A DNA stretch of 64,000 nucleotides from Octopus vulgaris (GCA_951406725.2 OX597823.1:54374001-54438000), one strand, 5' to 3'. Positions 14,021 to 25,176 are shown, counted from the stretch's first letter. A program made the numbers and translations. Notes: generated by a model from the sequence alone, not told the origin.

Positions 14021-14860
14021 TTAATATTTCACTTAGACTAATAATCCAGTGTAGAACTCAATGTATATATATGTTTCGGAATGAAGTGTTAGCTGAGTAT
14101 AAAGATGTAATAAGAAAGAGAGATGACAAAGGGATGAATGATGAAGTTCATATGATAATCATTCATCACTTTTTCATCTTTCTTTCTTAATATTGCTCTA
14201 CACTCATGCTGAAGAATATTCTACAGTATATTTAGATTTTTGCTACTAATTGATTCAGAAAATTAGAAAATAGCATATTCATAAACTCTTTAAACATTTC
14301 AAAAAAAAAATATGTTTATGAAATTTCACAGTAAAACAGATATGGCTATGTGGTAAGAAATTTGCTTCTTAACCACATGGTTCCGGGTTCAGTCCCACTG
14401 CATAGGACCTTCTACCATAGCGTCAGGCTGACCAAAGCTTTGTTAGTGGATTCTGAAACATATATATATATTAACTATATGCATAAATATAAACAAACTA
14501 ACATTTGTTTTGTTTTATAAGCATCAAAATGTGTATTGAACAACACAAATTAGATGATATTTTTTCCAATGCTACTAGAGCAACAGGTAAAATTTGTCAA
14601 CAACCCGTCATGAATTTGTCAGCAGGTAGTTTAGTTTAATGGTAAAGCACTCAGCTGGAGTCTTTGAGGGATATGGGTTCGTGTGCTATGGCTTGTTGTT
14701 GACAAATTTTTCTGCTTTATAAGGGTAATTTTCCCAGTTTTTCTGCTGTTTTAACAGCAATTCTGTGTTTGAAAGAAAATAATCTAATTTGTATCGTTCA
14801 ATACACGTATTAAGTTCTACACTGATTTATTAGTCTCGCAATACCTAAGTGAAATATTAA
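14021..14860. mobile_element. Interrupted fold-back element with a tRNA-like centre
   Basis: Ends TTAATATTTCACTTAG..ACTAATAA..CAGTGTAGAACT and AGTTCTACACTG..TTATTAGT..CTAAGTGAAATATTAA; inner arms ~14531-14604 and ~14694-14806 flank A-box/B-box-like sequence. Confidence 0.6.
14204..14452 (+). repeat. Local direct duplication, copy 1 (~250 bp)
   Basis: Near-identical to 16671-16923, including unique sequence and a SINE head with the same internal deletion. Confidence 0.9.
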
Positions 14861-15396
14861 AATACAAAAAACTCCCACCCGGAAGAGTTCTAACAGCTAA
14901 TAATCCTTTGACATTGGAAAAACCTTATTTGGGAACTTCACTCAAGAACATACCTATACCACCAAGGTAGCAGTTATATATGTATGGATATCTGTATCAT
15001 GGTATCAACCAGACATTCAAATACTGTTGTACACTGCAGGTCAAATTGCACTTCCTTGCAGTGCTGTAGCTTTCAAACAATGCCACCCCATTGGCTTGGC
15101 AGGCCAATAATACATAAATGACTGTGATTATGACATTCCCACTAAACTGAGTGGCCTGGTGCAATGTGAAATGAAGTGTTTTGCTTGAGAACACAACACA
15201 CCATGTGGTCCAGGAACTGAAACCATGAGCTTGCAATCATGAGTGTAAACACCCTAGCCATTAGGCTATGTACCTTCACATGTGTGTATAGGATATATGC
15301 TTAGAAAAGATTAGTTATATATAAAGAGAAATGAATTTTAATTCCCTTGTTTATCAATATTTATCATGTTTGTTACTTTTCTTTTTTTTTTTTCAG

Positions 15397-15522
15397 ACAT
15401 CTGGGGTTGAAAAGAAAGAACACTTATATAAGATTCTTGTTATTGGAGAATTAGGAACTGGAAAAACAAGTATCATCAAACGTTATGTCCATCAATTCTT
15501 CTCCCAACATTACCGAGCTACT
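15397..15522 (+). CDS. RAB32: Rab32/Rab38-family small GTPase, P-loop exon (TSGVEKKEHLYKILVIGELGTGKTSIIKRYVHQFFSQHYRAT)
   Basis: Polypyrimidine tract + TTTCAG acceptor ending 15396; GELGTGKT P-loop; 126 nt, phase 0/0; followed by GTATCCTTT donor. Confidence 0.95.
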
Positions 15523-16074
15523 GTATCCTTTATATCATTACATTATTTTTAGTTATTTGGAGGCAGCATGCTAACAGAATTGTTAACACATCAGACAAAA
15601 TGCTAAGTAGCTTTCTTCTATCCCTTTGCATTCCGAGTTAAAATTCTGCAAAGGATTCAACTTTGCCTTTCTTCCTTTCAGGGTCGATAAAGTATGTATC
15701 AGCTGAGCCCTGGACGCAATGCAATTGGCTCATTCCTCCCACTAAATTTGCTGGCATCATGCCAAAATTTAATATTCTTAAAATGCATAAAGACATATTA
15801 CTGTGGGGTAAGAAGTTTGCTTTCCAACAACATGGTTTTGGGTTCGGTTTCACTGCGTGGCACCTTAGGATAACATTATCTTTGAAAGACCTGGGCTAAC
15901 CAAAGCATTGTAAGTTGATTTCATGGATAGAAACTGAAAGAAGCCCATCATATATGTGTGAATGTGTGTGTCTGTCTGTGTTTGTATCTGGTTTGTCCCC
16001 AACAGACAACTAAAGCCAACTCCCGTCAAATTATCTAATCCATACCATCACAGAAATTGATGATGATGATGATG

Positions 16075-16109
<35 letters not shown>

Positions 16110-16112
<3 letters not shown>

Positions 16113-16327
16113 ATCCGAGCGTGGCTGTCTGCCAGCCTCGTCTGGCACCTGTGTCGGTGGCACATAAAATCACCCACTACACTCTCGGAGTGGTTGGCGT
16201 TAGGAAGAGCATCCAGATCTGACTGATCTGACTGGACTGGTGCAGCCTTCGGGCTCCCCAGACCCCAGTTGAACCGTCCAACCCATGCTAGCATGGAAAG
16301 CGGACGTTAAATGATGATGATGATGAT
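16110..16327 (+). mobile_element. Repeat family D with (GAT)n tail; other copies ~2000-2146, 3540-3848, 18700-18985, 19630-20005(-), 25440-25830(-), 29040-29470, 39495-39720(-), 40090-40360, 51585-51920
   Basis: AAAAGCACCC..GTGGTTGGCGTTAGGAAGGGCATCCAG..CCAACCCATGCTAGCATGGAAA.CGGACGTTAAATGATGATG. One partial copy abuts the 3' end of the RTE fragment, so this may be an RTE 3' UTR or RTE-dependent SINE. Confidence 0.8.
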
Positions 16328-16670
16328 AAAACATTAGTGTACATTTAAACACAAAAGAGGCGACCCTTAACAGGCAGCCTTATATGTTAGAAGTAGCAGT
16401 CAAAACGACTAAAACCACATTTAAGTGCAATTTCGAATATATATATGATAATGATAATGATTAGCTTTCCCTCACAGACAAGTAATAATTTAAGAGTTTG
16501 GAAAAGAGACTGATAGAATAAGTAGCAGACTTTAAAAAAAGTATTGGGATCCATTCATTCAACTAAAATTCCTTTAGGCACTGCCCCTGCATGACTGCAG
16601 TCTAGTCTGTGCATGAGGTGCATGTGTGTTCTATGGCCATGTTGATTCAGCATCTTTAACAGTGATTAGT

Positions 16671-16923
16671 TCATGCTGAAGAATGTTCTACATTATATTT
16701 AGATTTTTGCTACTAATTGATTCAGAAAATTAGAAAATACCATATTCATAAACTCTTTAAACATTAAAAAAAAAAAAAAGAAATGTTTATGAAATTTCAC
16801 AGTAAAACAGATATGGCTGTGTGGTAAGAAATTTGCTACTTAACCACATGGTTCCAGGTTCAGTCCCACTGCATAGGACCTTCTATCATAGTATCAAGCT
16901 GACCAAAGCTTTGTTAGTGGATT
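16671..16923 (+). repeat. Local direct duplication, copy 2
   Basis: See 14204-14452. Confidence 0.9.
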
Positions 16924-17390
16924 TGATGGATGGAAACTGTAAGAAGCTTATTGTATATCTGTGTGTGTGCATGTGTCTTTGTGTCTGTGTTTGCCCCCCA
17001 CCACCGCTTGACAACCAGTGTTTGTATGTTTACGTTCTCATAGCTTAGCGGTTCAGCAGTTCAGCATAAATAGACCAATAGATTAAGTACCAGGCTTACA
17101 ATAAAAAAAAAGAGTACAGGGGGTCAAATCACTACAGCTCGAGATCTGTTTTAATCTCTCCATCATACTTTAACTTATCACCAGACACTAAACCACCTCC
17201 TCAATACTAGTCCTGCTTTGGTTGAGGAGGTGAGTGTCTTACAAGTTACTTGGTGACCTTGCTGAAGCTGGTGCCATGGAAAAAGCACCCAGTACACTCT
17301 GTAAAGTAGTTGGTATTGATAAGGGCTTCCCAGCTGTAAAAACTATGCTAAAGCAAATGGCAGAGCAATAACTATACTGAGAAGTAATGT

Positions 17391-17770
17391 TTATTGCCAC
17401 TTTAACCTGGCTGTTCTGTAGGAACCAATGTTACTACCATTTTAACCCCAGGAGGACACCTTTTCCAGCTGGTTATTCAAAGCAGTCTGCATTCGATATA
17501 TATTGGAGGCAGGGGAGAGAACTCCTACCATCTTCCATCTGTGAGACCACTAGACCTTACAGTTTTGAGCTCTTTGTGCTCATCCTAAGTAGTGCATTCT
17601 CATCCACTAGAGATAACAGTAGTTCACTCTTGCTCACAATATATATGTATGTATGTATGTATATCGGGTGCAGATTGCATCGAATAACCATCTGGAGGAG
17701 GCATCCTCCTGGGGTTAAAATGATAGTAGTGTTGATTCCTGCAGAACAGCCATATTGAAGTGGCAAATAA
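17391..17770. repeat. Long inverted repeat (~110 bp arms) inside the U12 intron
   Basis: TTATTGCCACTT..GGCTGTTCTG..CATTTTAACCCCAGGAGGA..CGATAT versus ATATCG..TCCTCCTGGGGTTAAAATG..CAGAACAGCC..AAGTGGCAAATAA. Confidence 0.85.
17548..17594 (-). ncRNA. Degenerate hammerhead motif in the loop of a long inverted repeat
   Basis: Reverse complement: cacta-CTTAGGA-T-GAGC(ACAAAGA)GCTC-AAAA-CTGTAAGG-TC-tagtg; perfect stems I and II, two core substitutions. Confidence 0.55.
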
Positions 17771-17941
17771 GCTTTACTTATATGTATATAAATTTCTTGT
17801 GTGTTAAAATAAGAGAAGGATATGTTATAGTCTTATTCCAAATCATCAGAATCTATCAATTAATAGCAATTCTTAAATTTGATATTTCCTTTTGTACAGG
17901 TTTCTTACTTTTAATTTCGCTTCCTTAACCATTGTCTACAG

Positions 17942-18020
17942 ATAGGTGTTGATTTTGCACTAAAAGTCATTAGTTGGGATGCTGACACACTTATCCGATT
18001 GCAATTATGGGACATTGCAG
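17942..18020 (+). CDS. RAB32: Rab32/38 exon (IGVDFALKVISWDADTLIRLQLWDIA-G)
   Basis: RabF1 IGVDF, FALK and WDIAG signatures of the Rab32/38/29 subfamily; 79 nt; CAG|GTAAAA phase-1 donor. Not in the ORF track. Confidence 0.95.
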
Positions 18021-18060
18021 GTAAAATATAGATTATTTATTTTCGATTTCATTCTATTCC

Positions 18061-18233
18061 ATTTTAGTTACACACTGTCATACTTCTGTTTCAGAGTATC
18101 ATACATCAGATACATACTGCAACACGTCAGTTACATACTGTGACATTTCAGTTACACAGCATTTTAGTTACATAAAATAAGATTTCAGTTACATAACACT
18201 TAAGCCACATGCTATAAAAATTCAGTTACATGC
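18061..18233 (+). repeat. Degenerate tandem array of TTYAGTTACA motifs
   Basis: About six to seven ATTT(C/T)AGTTACA-like units with variable spacers. Confidence 0.7.
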
Positions 18234-20620
18234 AATGAAGGCATGCAGCCAAATAGTTAGAGTATTTGGCTCATGATCATAAGGATGTGAGTTCAATACC
18301 CAGCAATGTGCTGTATCCTTAAGCAAGACATTTTATTTCACATTTCTCCAGTCAACTCAGCTGGCAAAAATGAGTAGTACTAGTATTCCAAAGGGCCAGC
18401 ATTGTCACACTCTGTGTCACGCAGAATCTCCCTAAGAACTACATTAAGAGTACATGTGTCTGTAGAGTGCTCAGTCACATGCACATTAATTTCACGAGTA
18501 GGCTGCTCTGTTGATCAGATCAACTGGAATCCTCAATGTCATAACAGACAGAATGCCAGTGTATATATGTTAGTGTTACCTTACCTTGACATCACATGAT
18601 ATGGACCAAGATATGGAGATGACAGAGGGCCAAGATGTGTGGTGCATTGCTGTACTCAAGAAAACCCACATACCACAACAGAACTGAAGTCCTAAAACCA
18701 AGGTGCCATGTAAAAAGCATTGATGTGAGCGCTAATGCCATACAAAATGCACTGGTGATGGTGCCTTGTAAAAAGCACCCAGTATACTCTGTATAAGGGT
18801 TGGCACTAGGAAGGGCATCCAATCATAGAAACTAAGCCAAAACAGACTATGGACTCTGTTGTGGACCCTGGCCTTGCTGGTTTCTGTTAAGCTGCCAAAA
18901 TCATGCCAGCATGGAAAATGGATGTCAAATGTTGATGATGATGATGACGACGACGATGACGGTGACGACGATAATGATGATGATGCAAGCAAATCTTCTG
19001 CAAAAGCAGGCTTAGCTTGGGTGGACTGTTACCTTTCTCCATTGTCAAACAGTTGAGTAAGCAGAGACTGTGTGGAAGCCCACCCATTAGATGGTTTGTG
19101 CCTGTAATTTGAACATCTAGCCTTTTCACACTGAGCCATGCTGATTCTAGTTTTTATGTTAAGAATACATATGTCTGTGGAATATTCAGCCATTTATTTA
19201 CTTATTTATTTACTTATTTATTCAGTGAGCAGGTAATTTAGTTGATTTATTAGTGTAGTCATTATTGACACTAGCAGAGATCCATTACATCTACCGTACA
19301 AGATTGATTGCTTCAAGCCATCCACATTATTGGCTTGCTAGCAGAGCCACATGCGCACCAGACAAAATGTTTCATGCATTTCTTCAGGCTCTTTATGTTC
19401 TGAGTTCAAATACCACTGAGGTCAACTATGCCTTTCATCCTTTCAGGGTTGATAAAATGAGTACCAACTGAGCACTGAGGTCAACATGATCAAATCAACT
19501 AACTCCCTCCCACAAAATTTCAAACTTTGTTCCTATACTAGAATTGACTATACACATGAAAATACAAAAGATACTAAGAATTTCTGACAAGCTTGACTTT
19601 ATCAGCAACATCAGTATTTTCCATCTCTAATGATGATGATCATCATCATTTAACGTCCGCCTTCCATGCTAGCATGGGTTGGAAGATTTTGACTGAGAGC
19701 TGGCAAACCAGATGGCCGCACCAGGCTCCAATTTTGATTTGGCAGAGTTTCTACAGCTGGATGCCCTTCCTAACGCCAACCACTCTGAGAGTGTAGTGGG
19801 TACTTTTACGTGCCACCTGCATGAGGCCAGTCAGGCGGTACTGGCAATGACCTCGCTCGAATCTTTTTACACATGCCGCCAGCACAGGTGCCAGTAAGGC
19901 GACATTGGTAATGATCACACTCGAATGGTGCCCTTTTACGTGCCACCGGCACGGAGCCAGTTGGCTGCTCTGGCAACGATCACGCTCGGATGGTGCTCTT
20001 GGCATGGTAAACTTTATCTGTCACTTGGTTCAACATCACCACGTAGTACCACTTTTAGTGGAGTTCATCCTGTTGCAATAATCTGAGTCAAGTCTCTGAA
20101 TTGAGAATATCATCTTCTTTCCCTCTCATCAATCTTAGAGGTTCTGTAAAAAGGCTGTAGGTACTGTCTTCCTTCTTAGCTAAAAACACAAATACAATAG
20201 GAGAAGTTGCCTCTCTCCAAAAAATACTCTGAATATCAAAGTATGACATTTCATGTACACTGCTGAGATATCAACAAATTTATCTAAGCAAAACTCTGGT
20301 GGATAAATATTCTGAATATCAGTGTAAATATGCCATATGAGTAATTATCTCATGAGTTGTATTGACACTGCAACACAGATAAGAAAGGATGTATTCCTTT
20401 AGTGACTAGCAATTAAATTTGATAGCATTTTGAAGAGGGTCTGCTTGTCATACCAGAGCAAGAGATATTAAACTGCCACATAATGAATATTGGTTCTTTC
20501 AAAGTAATGTGAAAGATGAAATTTATCAATAGTAGCTGCCCTTTAAGATTAACAAAATATTAATTTTGTATGGAGTATGAAGTTACAGCAAGAAATATTT
20601 ATGAACAGTATCATCTTCAT

Positions 20621-20877
20621 CAGTGGTTTTCAACTGGAGTCTACACAACCCTTGGGCAGAGGGGTCCATATAAGATTTAGGTTTTAAAAATTATGCCCAA
20701 TAAATTGGTCATATTCTACTTTACATACAACTAAACTAGCAATTTTTTTTATTCAGTTCCTAAAAATATTTAATTATAAAATATAATGGGTATTTTAAAC
20801 TTCAAATAGCTATAGAGGTCCAATAGAGTAAAATAAGAATCAAAGGACCATAGGAAAAATATAGTTCAGAGCCACTG
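20621..20877. mobile_element. hAT MITE
   Basis: TIRs CAGTGGTTTTCAACT / AGTTCAGAGCCACTG; 8-bp TSD ATCTTCAT / ATCTACAT. Confidence 0.75.
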
Positions 20878-21636
20878 ATCTACATCAATAAACCTTACAT
20901 TTTAACCTAGCAATAAGCATGAAGACATCTATATTTTAACTGACAAGAAATACTGATGGAATATCCAAATTAAAAGCTCCATCAGATTCTCTGGTGAGGT
21001 ATTGTTTTCTGGGAGAAAATGCAAAAAATGCATGCTGCCATGGAAGGTAACTATCCTGCTAATGGGAATATTACATATAATGTCAAGACAGCAAGTTGGC
21101 AGAGTCATTAGCACACCAGGTAAAATGCTGCTAAGAATTTTGTCTGCTTTTATATTCTGAGTTCAAATTCTGCCAAGATTGTTTTTGCCTTTCATTTTTT
21201 GGAGGTTGGTAAAACAAGTAGCAGTTGAGTACTGAGGTCACTGTAATTGACTTACTCCCTGTCCTGAAAATCCTGTACCAAAATTTGAACCAATTTTACA
21301 TCCAATGTCAGCTATATATAAACAATGACATTAAATACTCTGATAGGTTTCAGTTTTCTCCTATAAGAAATAAGTGTACAATGTCACGTCACCAAATATT
21401 TTATGATAATCTTAAGGAGTTGTTCTTACAGAGATAGCCTTGTTTCATCAAATAGAACAAATTTAATTCAAATAAAAAGAAAATAAAAAAATAATTTCTC
21501 TATGTATATTCTGTACGAAGTTATCTGACATTTATCAATGAGTTTTTATGTCAAAGAGTCTATTAGTTACATTTCTTTTTCCACTCCAATATGCTTGTAA
21601 TCTGTAATGTTTTTTTTCTAAACATTAACTACACAG

Positions 21637-21818
21637 GTCAAGAACGATTTGGTAACATGACACGAGTGTACTATAAAGAGGCTGTTGGAGCATTTGTAGT
21701 GTTTGATGTAACAAGGGTACCAACATTTGAGGCTGTGGTTAAATGGAAAAATGACTTAGACAGTAAGGTTCAGTTACCAGATGGCAGCAATATACCATGT
21801 GTATTACTAGCAAATAAG
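21637..21818 (+). CDS. RAB32: Rab32/38 exon (GQERFGNMTRVYYKEAVGAFVVFDV...CVLLANK)
   Basis: ACACAG acceptor, 182 nt completing GQERF switch II, AAG|GTAAGT donor. Confidence 0.96.
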
Positions 21819-22192
21819 GTAAGTCAATATTTCATCAAGTTTTTTTTTTCTAACACTCTGTTGACTATGACAATGAGAGTTTCAGTTGATCCAATCAATG
21901 GAACAACCTATTCATGAAATTAATGTGCAAGTGACTGAGCACTCCACAGACACTTGTACCCTTAACGTAGTTCTTAGGAAGATTCAGGATGACAGAAAAT
22001 GGGACAAGGCTGGCCCTTTGAAATACAGCTTCTACTCATTTTCACCAGCTGAGAGGACTGGAGCAGTGTGAAATAAAGTGTCTTGTTCAAGGATACAACG
22101 TGCCCCAGGAAATCAAACTCATGACCGTACAGTCATGAGCTGAGTATCCTTAATACTAAACCACAAACCTTTGCCAATTACAACTTTAGATA

Positions 22193-23560
22193 ACCCGAAT
22201 CCTTCATTCACACTATGCCAAACCTATGGCCTCCAAATACTTGATCCACCAGAACTCAGCTATCACAGACAATGCCAAATTCAATATTTTGATGGCAGAC
22301 CTTGTCAGAATAATGTGAAATGTGTCCCACATGCGTGACCTGACAGAGTTAAAGAGACACATACAACATTTCGTTCACCGCATGCAGTTCTCAGGTTACA
22401 GCCGTAAAAAAAGGATCAGAGTATACAAAGGAGCCATGAAGAAATTTGATACTATCGTATGTAATAATATAAATGAGATTTGCCCACTTTATAGGAGCAA
22501 GTCATAGAACACTATTGAAAGGACCAAGAAGAAAATACGGAAGGCCAACTCTTGGTATGATAGCCACAAATACCAGAGTGTCATGTTTGTCGACACCACC
22601 CCTAGAGGTGAACTGGCATACCACTTTAGAGGGGCCCTAGACAAAGGTAAGCTAAGGATTAAGGTTGTTGAAAGGCCAGACAGACCTATCAAATCCCTAA
22701 TCGGTAGAACCTACCCTTTTAGTAGAACCCACCGTATGGATAGGAACTGTACTGTGTGTAGATTTAGCCCACAAACAAACTGTAAAGCCAGAAATGTAGT
22801 CTATAGTATAAGATGTACAGAGGGACGATGCAGTAACAAGACAACAACGTACGTAGGGGAAATGGCACGGAGCATAGGAGAGAGGGTAAATGGACATTGG
22901 AGAGAACTTAAGGAAGAAAAGAGCTCATCGGTTCTGTACCAGCATGCCAAGCAGGAACATGGGGGCTCACTCAACAACATAGAAGTTAAAATCTTGTCCA
23001 CACATAGAACAGATGCAACACTTAGACAAATTACAGAAGCTACACACATAATAGAAGATAAACCTAGCTTGAATAGGAAACTTGAATGGAACACTAGCAC
23101 ACACCCCCAACACACCACAACATATGACAGAATAAGATCCCCATAAACTGATAACAATATAAACAAAACTAAAAACATAATAAAATACACAGATAAACAA
23201 ATGGAAGTAAATAACTATATATATTAACAAAATTTTTTTAAAAATAATTTAATTAAATTAAAAAAATAAGTAGATGTAAATACATGAACAAACTAAACAA
23301 AAACAAATTACACGAACGTGTATAAACAGGAGATACAAATATTATAGGCACTTCTTCCCCCCACACACACACTAACTAAACATAGACACGCATCGGGGTA
23401 TACGCATGCGCAAATAAAGACGCATACAATAGGAATACAAAATACAAAATGGCTGACTGTTAGTAAGGAGAGACACACAAATAAGAAAGAAGAAAGCAAA
23501 GGACCACTAATGAGGTCACAGAAGTGTGACGAAAGAACTCTGGCTGAAATTAGATTAAGA
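22193..23560 (+). mobile_element. 5'-truncated Penelope-like retroelement (RT C-terminus + GIY-YIG endonuclease + 3' pseudo-LTR with hammerhead)
   Basis: One frame 22193-23146 with two stops (TGA 22316, TAG 22505): HYAKPMAS..HQNSA (RT thumb), CTVC..NC, NVVY..TYVGEMARS..ER..GH, E..HI...PSLN (GIY-YIG); hammerhead at 23504-23543. Confidence 0.88.
23504..23543 (+). ncRNA. Minimal type-I hammerhead ribozyme motif of the Penelope-like element (G5A core variant)
   Basis: cca-CTAATGA-G-GTCACA(GAAG)TGTGAC-GAAA-GAAC-TC-tgg; stems I and II pair perfectly. Confidence 0.8.
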
Positions 23561-23869
23561 TTAATCTAAAAAATAAATAAAGCTGAAGCAAATTAACACC
23601 AAATATATATTGCGTGTGTTTTAATTGGCTAAACTGGCAACATGACCATTCCTAAATACAACAATATGTATATATATTGAACAGTTCGACTGAGGACTGT
23701 GCAGCCAGATGGCTGCACCAGGCTCCAATCGTGGCCGTTGCCAGCCTCCTCTGGCCCCTGTGCTGGTGGCACGTAAAAAGGTGACGCTGGTAACGATCAT
23801 GCTCAAATGGTGCTTTTTACCTGACACCGGCACGGGAGCCAGTCACCAGCCATGGCAACGATTACGCTC

Positions 23870-24645
23870 TTAGGTTTCACTTGCCTCAACAGGTCTTCGC
23901 AAGCTGAGTTTAGTGTCCAATGAAGGAAAGGTATGCCTAAGTGGGATGGTTACACCACTGGAATAGGCCACGGATTATGGTCTCACTTGGCTTGCTGGAT
24001 CTTCTCAAGCACAGCATATTTCCAAAGGTCTCTTTCACTAGTCATTGCCTCGGTGAGGCCTAATGTTCATAGGTCATGCTTCACCACCTCATCCCAGGTC
24101 TTCCTGGGTCTACCTCTTCCAAAGGTTCCCTCAACTGCTAGGGTGTGACACTTTTTCACACAGCTATCCTCATCCATTCTCACCACATCACCATACCAGC
24201 ACAGTCGTCTCTCTTGCACACCACATCTGATGTTTCTTAGGTCCAACTTTTCTCTCAAAGCACTTACACTCTGTCGAGTATGCACACTGACATTACACAT
24301 CCAGCAGAGCATACTGGCTTCGTTCCTTCCAAGCTTACGCATGTCCTCAGCAGTCACAGCCCATGTTTCACAGCCAGGTAGCATGGCTGTTTGTACACAT
24401 ACATCATACAGTCTACCTTTCACTCTGAACGAGGGGCCCTTTGTCACCAGCAGAGGTAGGAGCTCCCTGAACTTTGCCCAGGCTATTCTTATTCTAGCAG
24501 CTACACTTTCAGAGCACCCACCCCCTCTACTGACTTGGTCACCTAGGTAACAGAAGCTATCAACAACTTCTAGTTTTTCTCCTTGGAATGTGGCAGAAGT
24601 TGTTCTCTGCACATTTTCAGTGTTTATTGCTCCTGAGCATCTATT
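23870..24645 (-). mobile_element. RTE-clade LINE 3' fragment
   Basis: LEVVDSFCYLG..RIRIAWAKF..GCETWA..ERRLCWYGDV.RM..GRGRPRKTW, the post-RT region of RTE ORFs. Confidence 0.88.
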
Positions 24646-25056
24646 ATATTATACCTTGATATTGAGTGGACTGAGATCCCCATTGACGAGTCACTGATAT
24701 TAAATATAGTATTAAAGGCTTACAGTATGCAAATTAACAGCTCCAGTTCTCTGTAGCTAATGGATTTGTCAAGTATATAAACAGATTGGCTGCTTATTTC
24801 TTAAGGATTATTCACATGATGTAAACACTTCTGATGGGAACACAATAAAGTTCAGAAAATGATTATGGCTGTTCAACATTTTTTTTCAGTCAGTGGAGAT
24901 ATAGTTAACTTTGCCCAGTTTATATATGTAGTATATAGGTTACATATATATTGTTATATTTTGGGATGGTCATTTTTTTTTCTTGCTAAATAAACACACA
25001 CACTGTGTTTTTTCTTCACTCATTTATTACTGTTTTTATTTTATCTTATGACCATT

Positions 25057-25100
25057 GTCTGGAAATCTTTCATCACACACCTGTGACCCCTTCAGTGACT
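25057..25100 (-). ncRNA. Degenerate hammerhead motif in left arm of fold-back element
   Basis: Reverse complement: CTGAAGG-G-GTCACA(GGTG)TGTGAT-GAAA-GATT-TC-cagac. Confidence 0.55.
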
Positions 25101-25134
25101 CTCTATCCCAGTGTGAGACATATGGGGTACAGAG

Positions 25135-25176
25135 TTGCTGAAGAGGTCACAAGTGTGTGATGAAAGGTTTCCAGAC
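25135..25176 (+). ncRNA. Minimal hammerhead motif in right arm of fold-back element
   Basis: gttg-CTGAAGA-G-GTCACA(AGTG)TGTGAT-GAAA-GGTT-TC-cagac; catalytic core intact, stem I short. Confidence 0.65.

Larger units (their letters stand above)
15523..17941 (+). other. U12-type (minor spliceosome) GT-AG intron of the Rab32 gene
   Basis: 5' site GTATCCTTT (15523-15531); branch site TTCCTTAAC (17921-17929); 12 nt later TACAG ends at 17941 with no long polypyrimidine tract; splicing joins YRAT|IGVDF in frame. Confidence 0.93.

Noticed and set aside
14625-14695. Possible tRNA gene
   Set aside because: Acceptor stem and T arm do not pair and the B box is degenerate; treated as tRNA-derived repeat sequence.
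15331-15552. ORF-track protein starting MNFNSLVY and ending VSFISLHYF
   Set aside because: Both ends are intron read-through; the true exon is 15397-15522. The same applies to ORFs 21591-21917 and 63457-63666.
22316-22318. In-frame TGA in the Penelope ORF as possible selenocysteine
   Set aside because: Context (VRIM*N) fits CGA-to-TGA decay, a TAG follows at 22505, and the endonuclease is C-terminal, unlike the selenoprotein-encoding Naiad elements.
24828-24870. Hammerhead-like CTGATGG-GAAC..GTTC-AGAAA
   Set aside because: Core is altered and no stem I pairing found.
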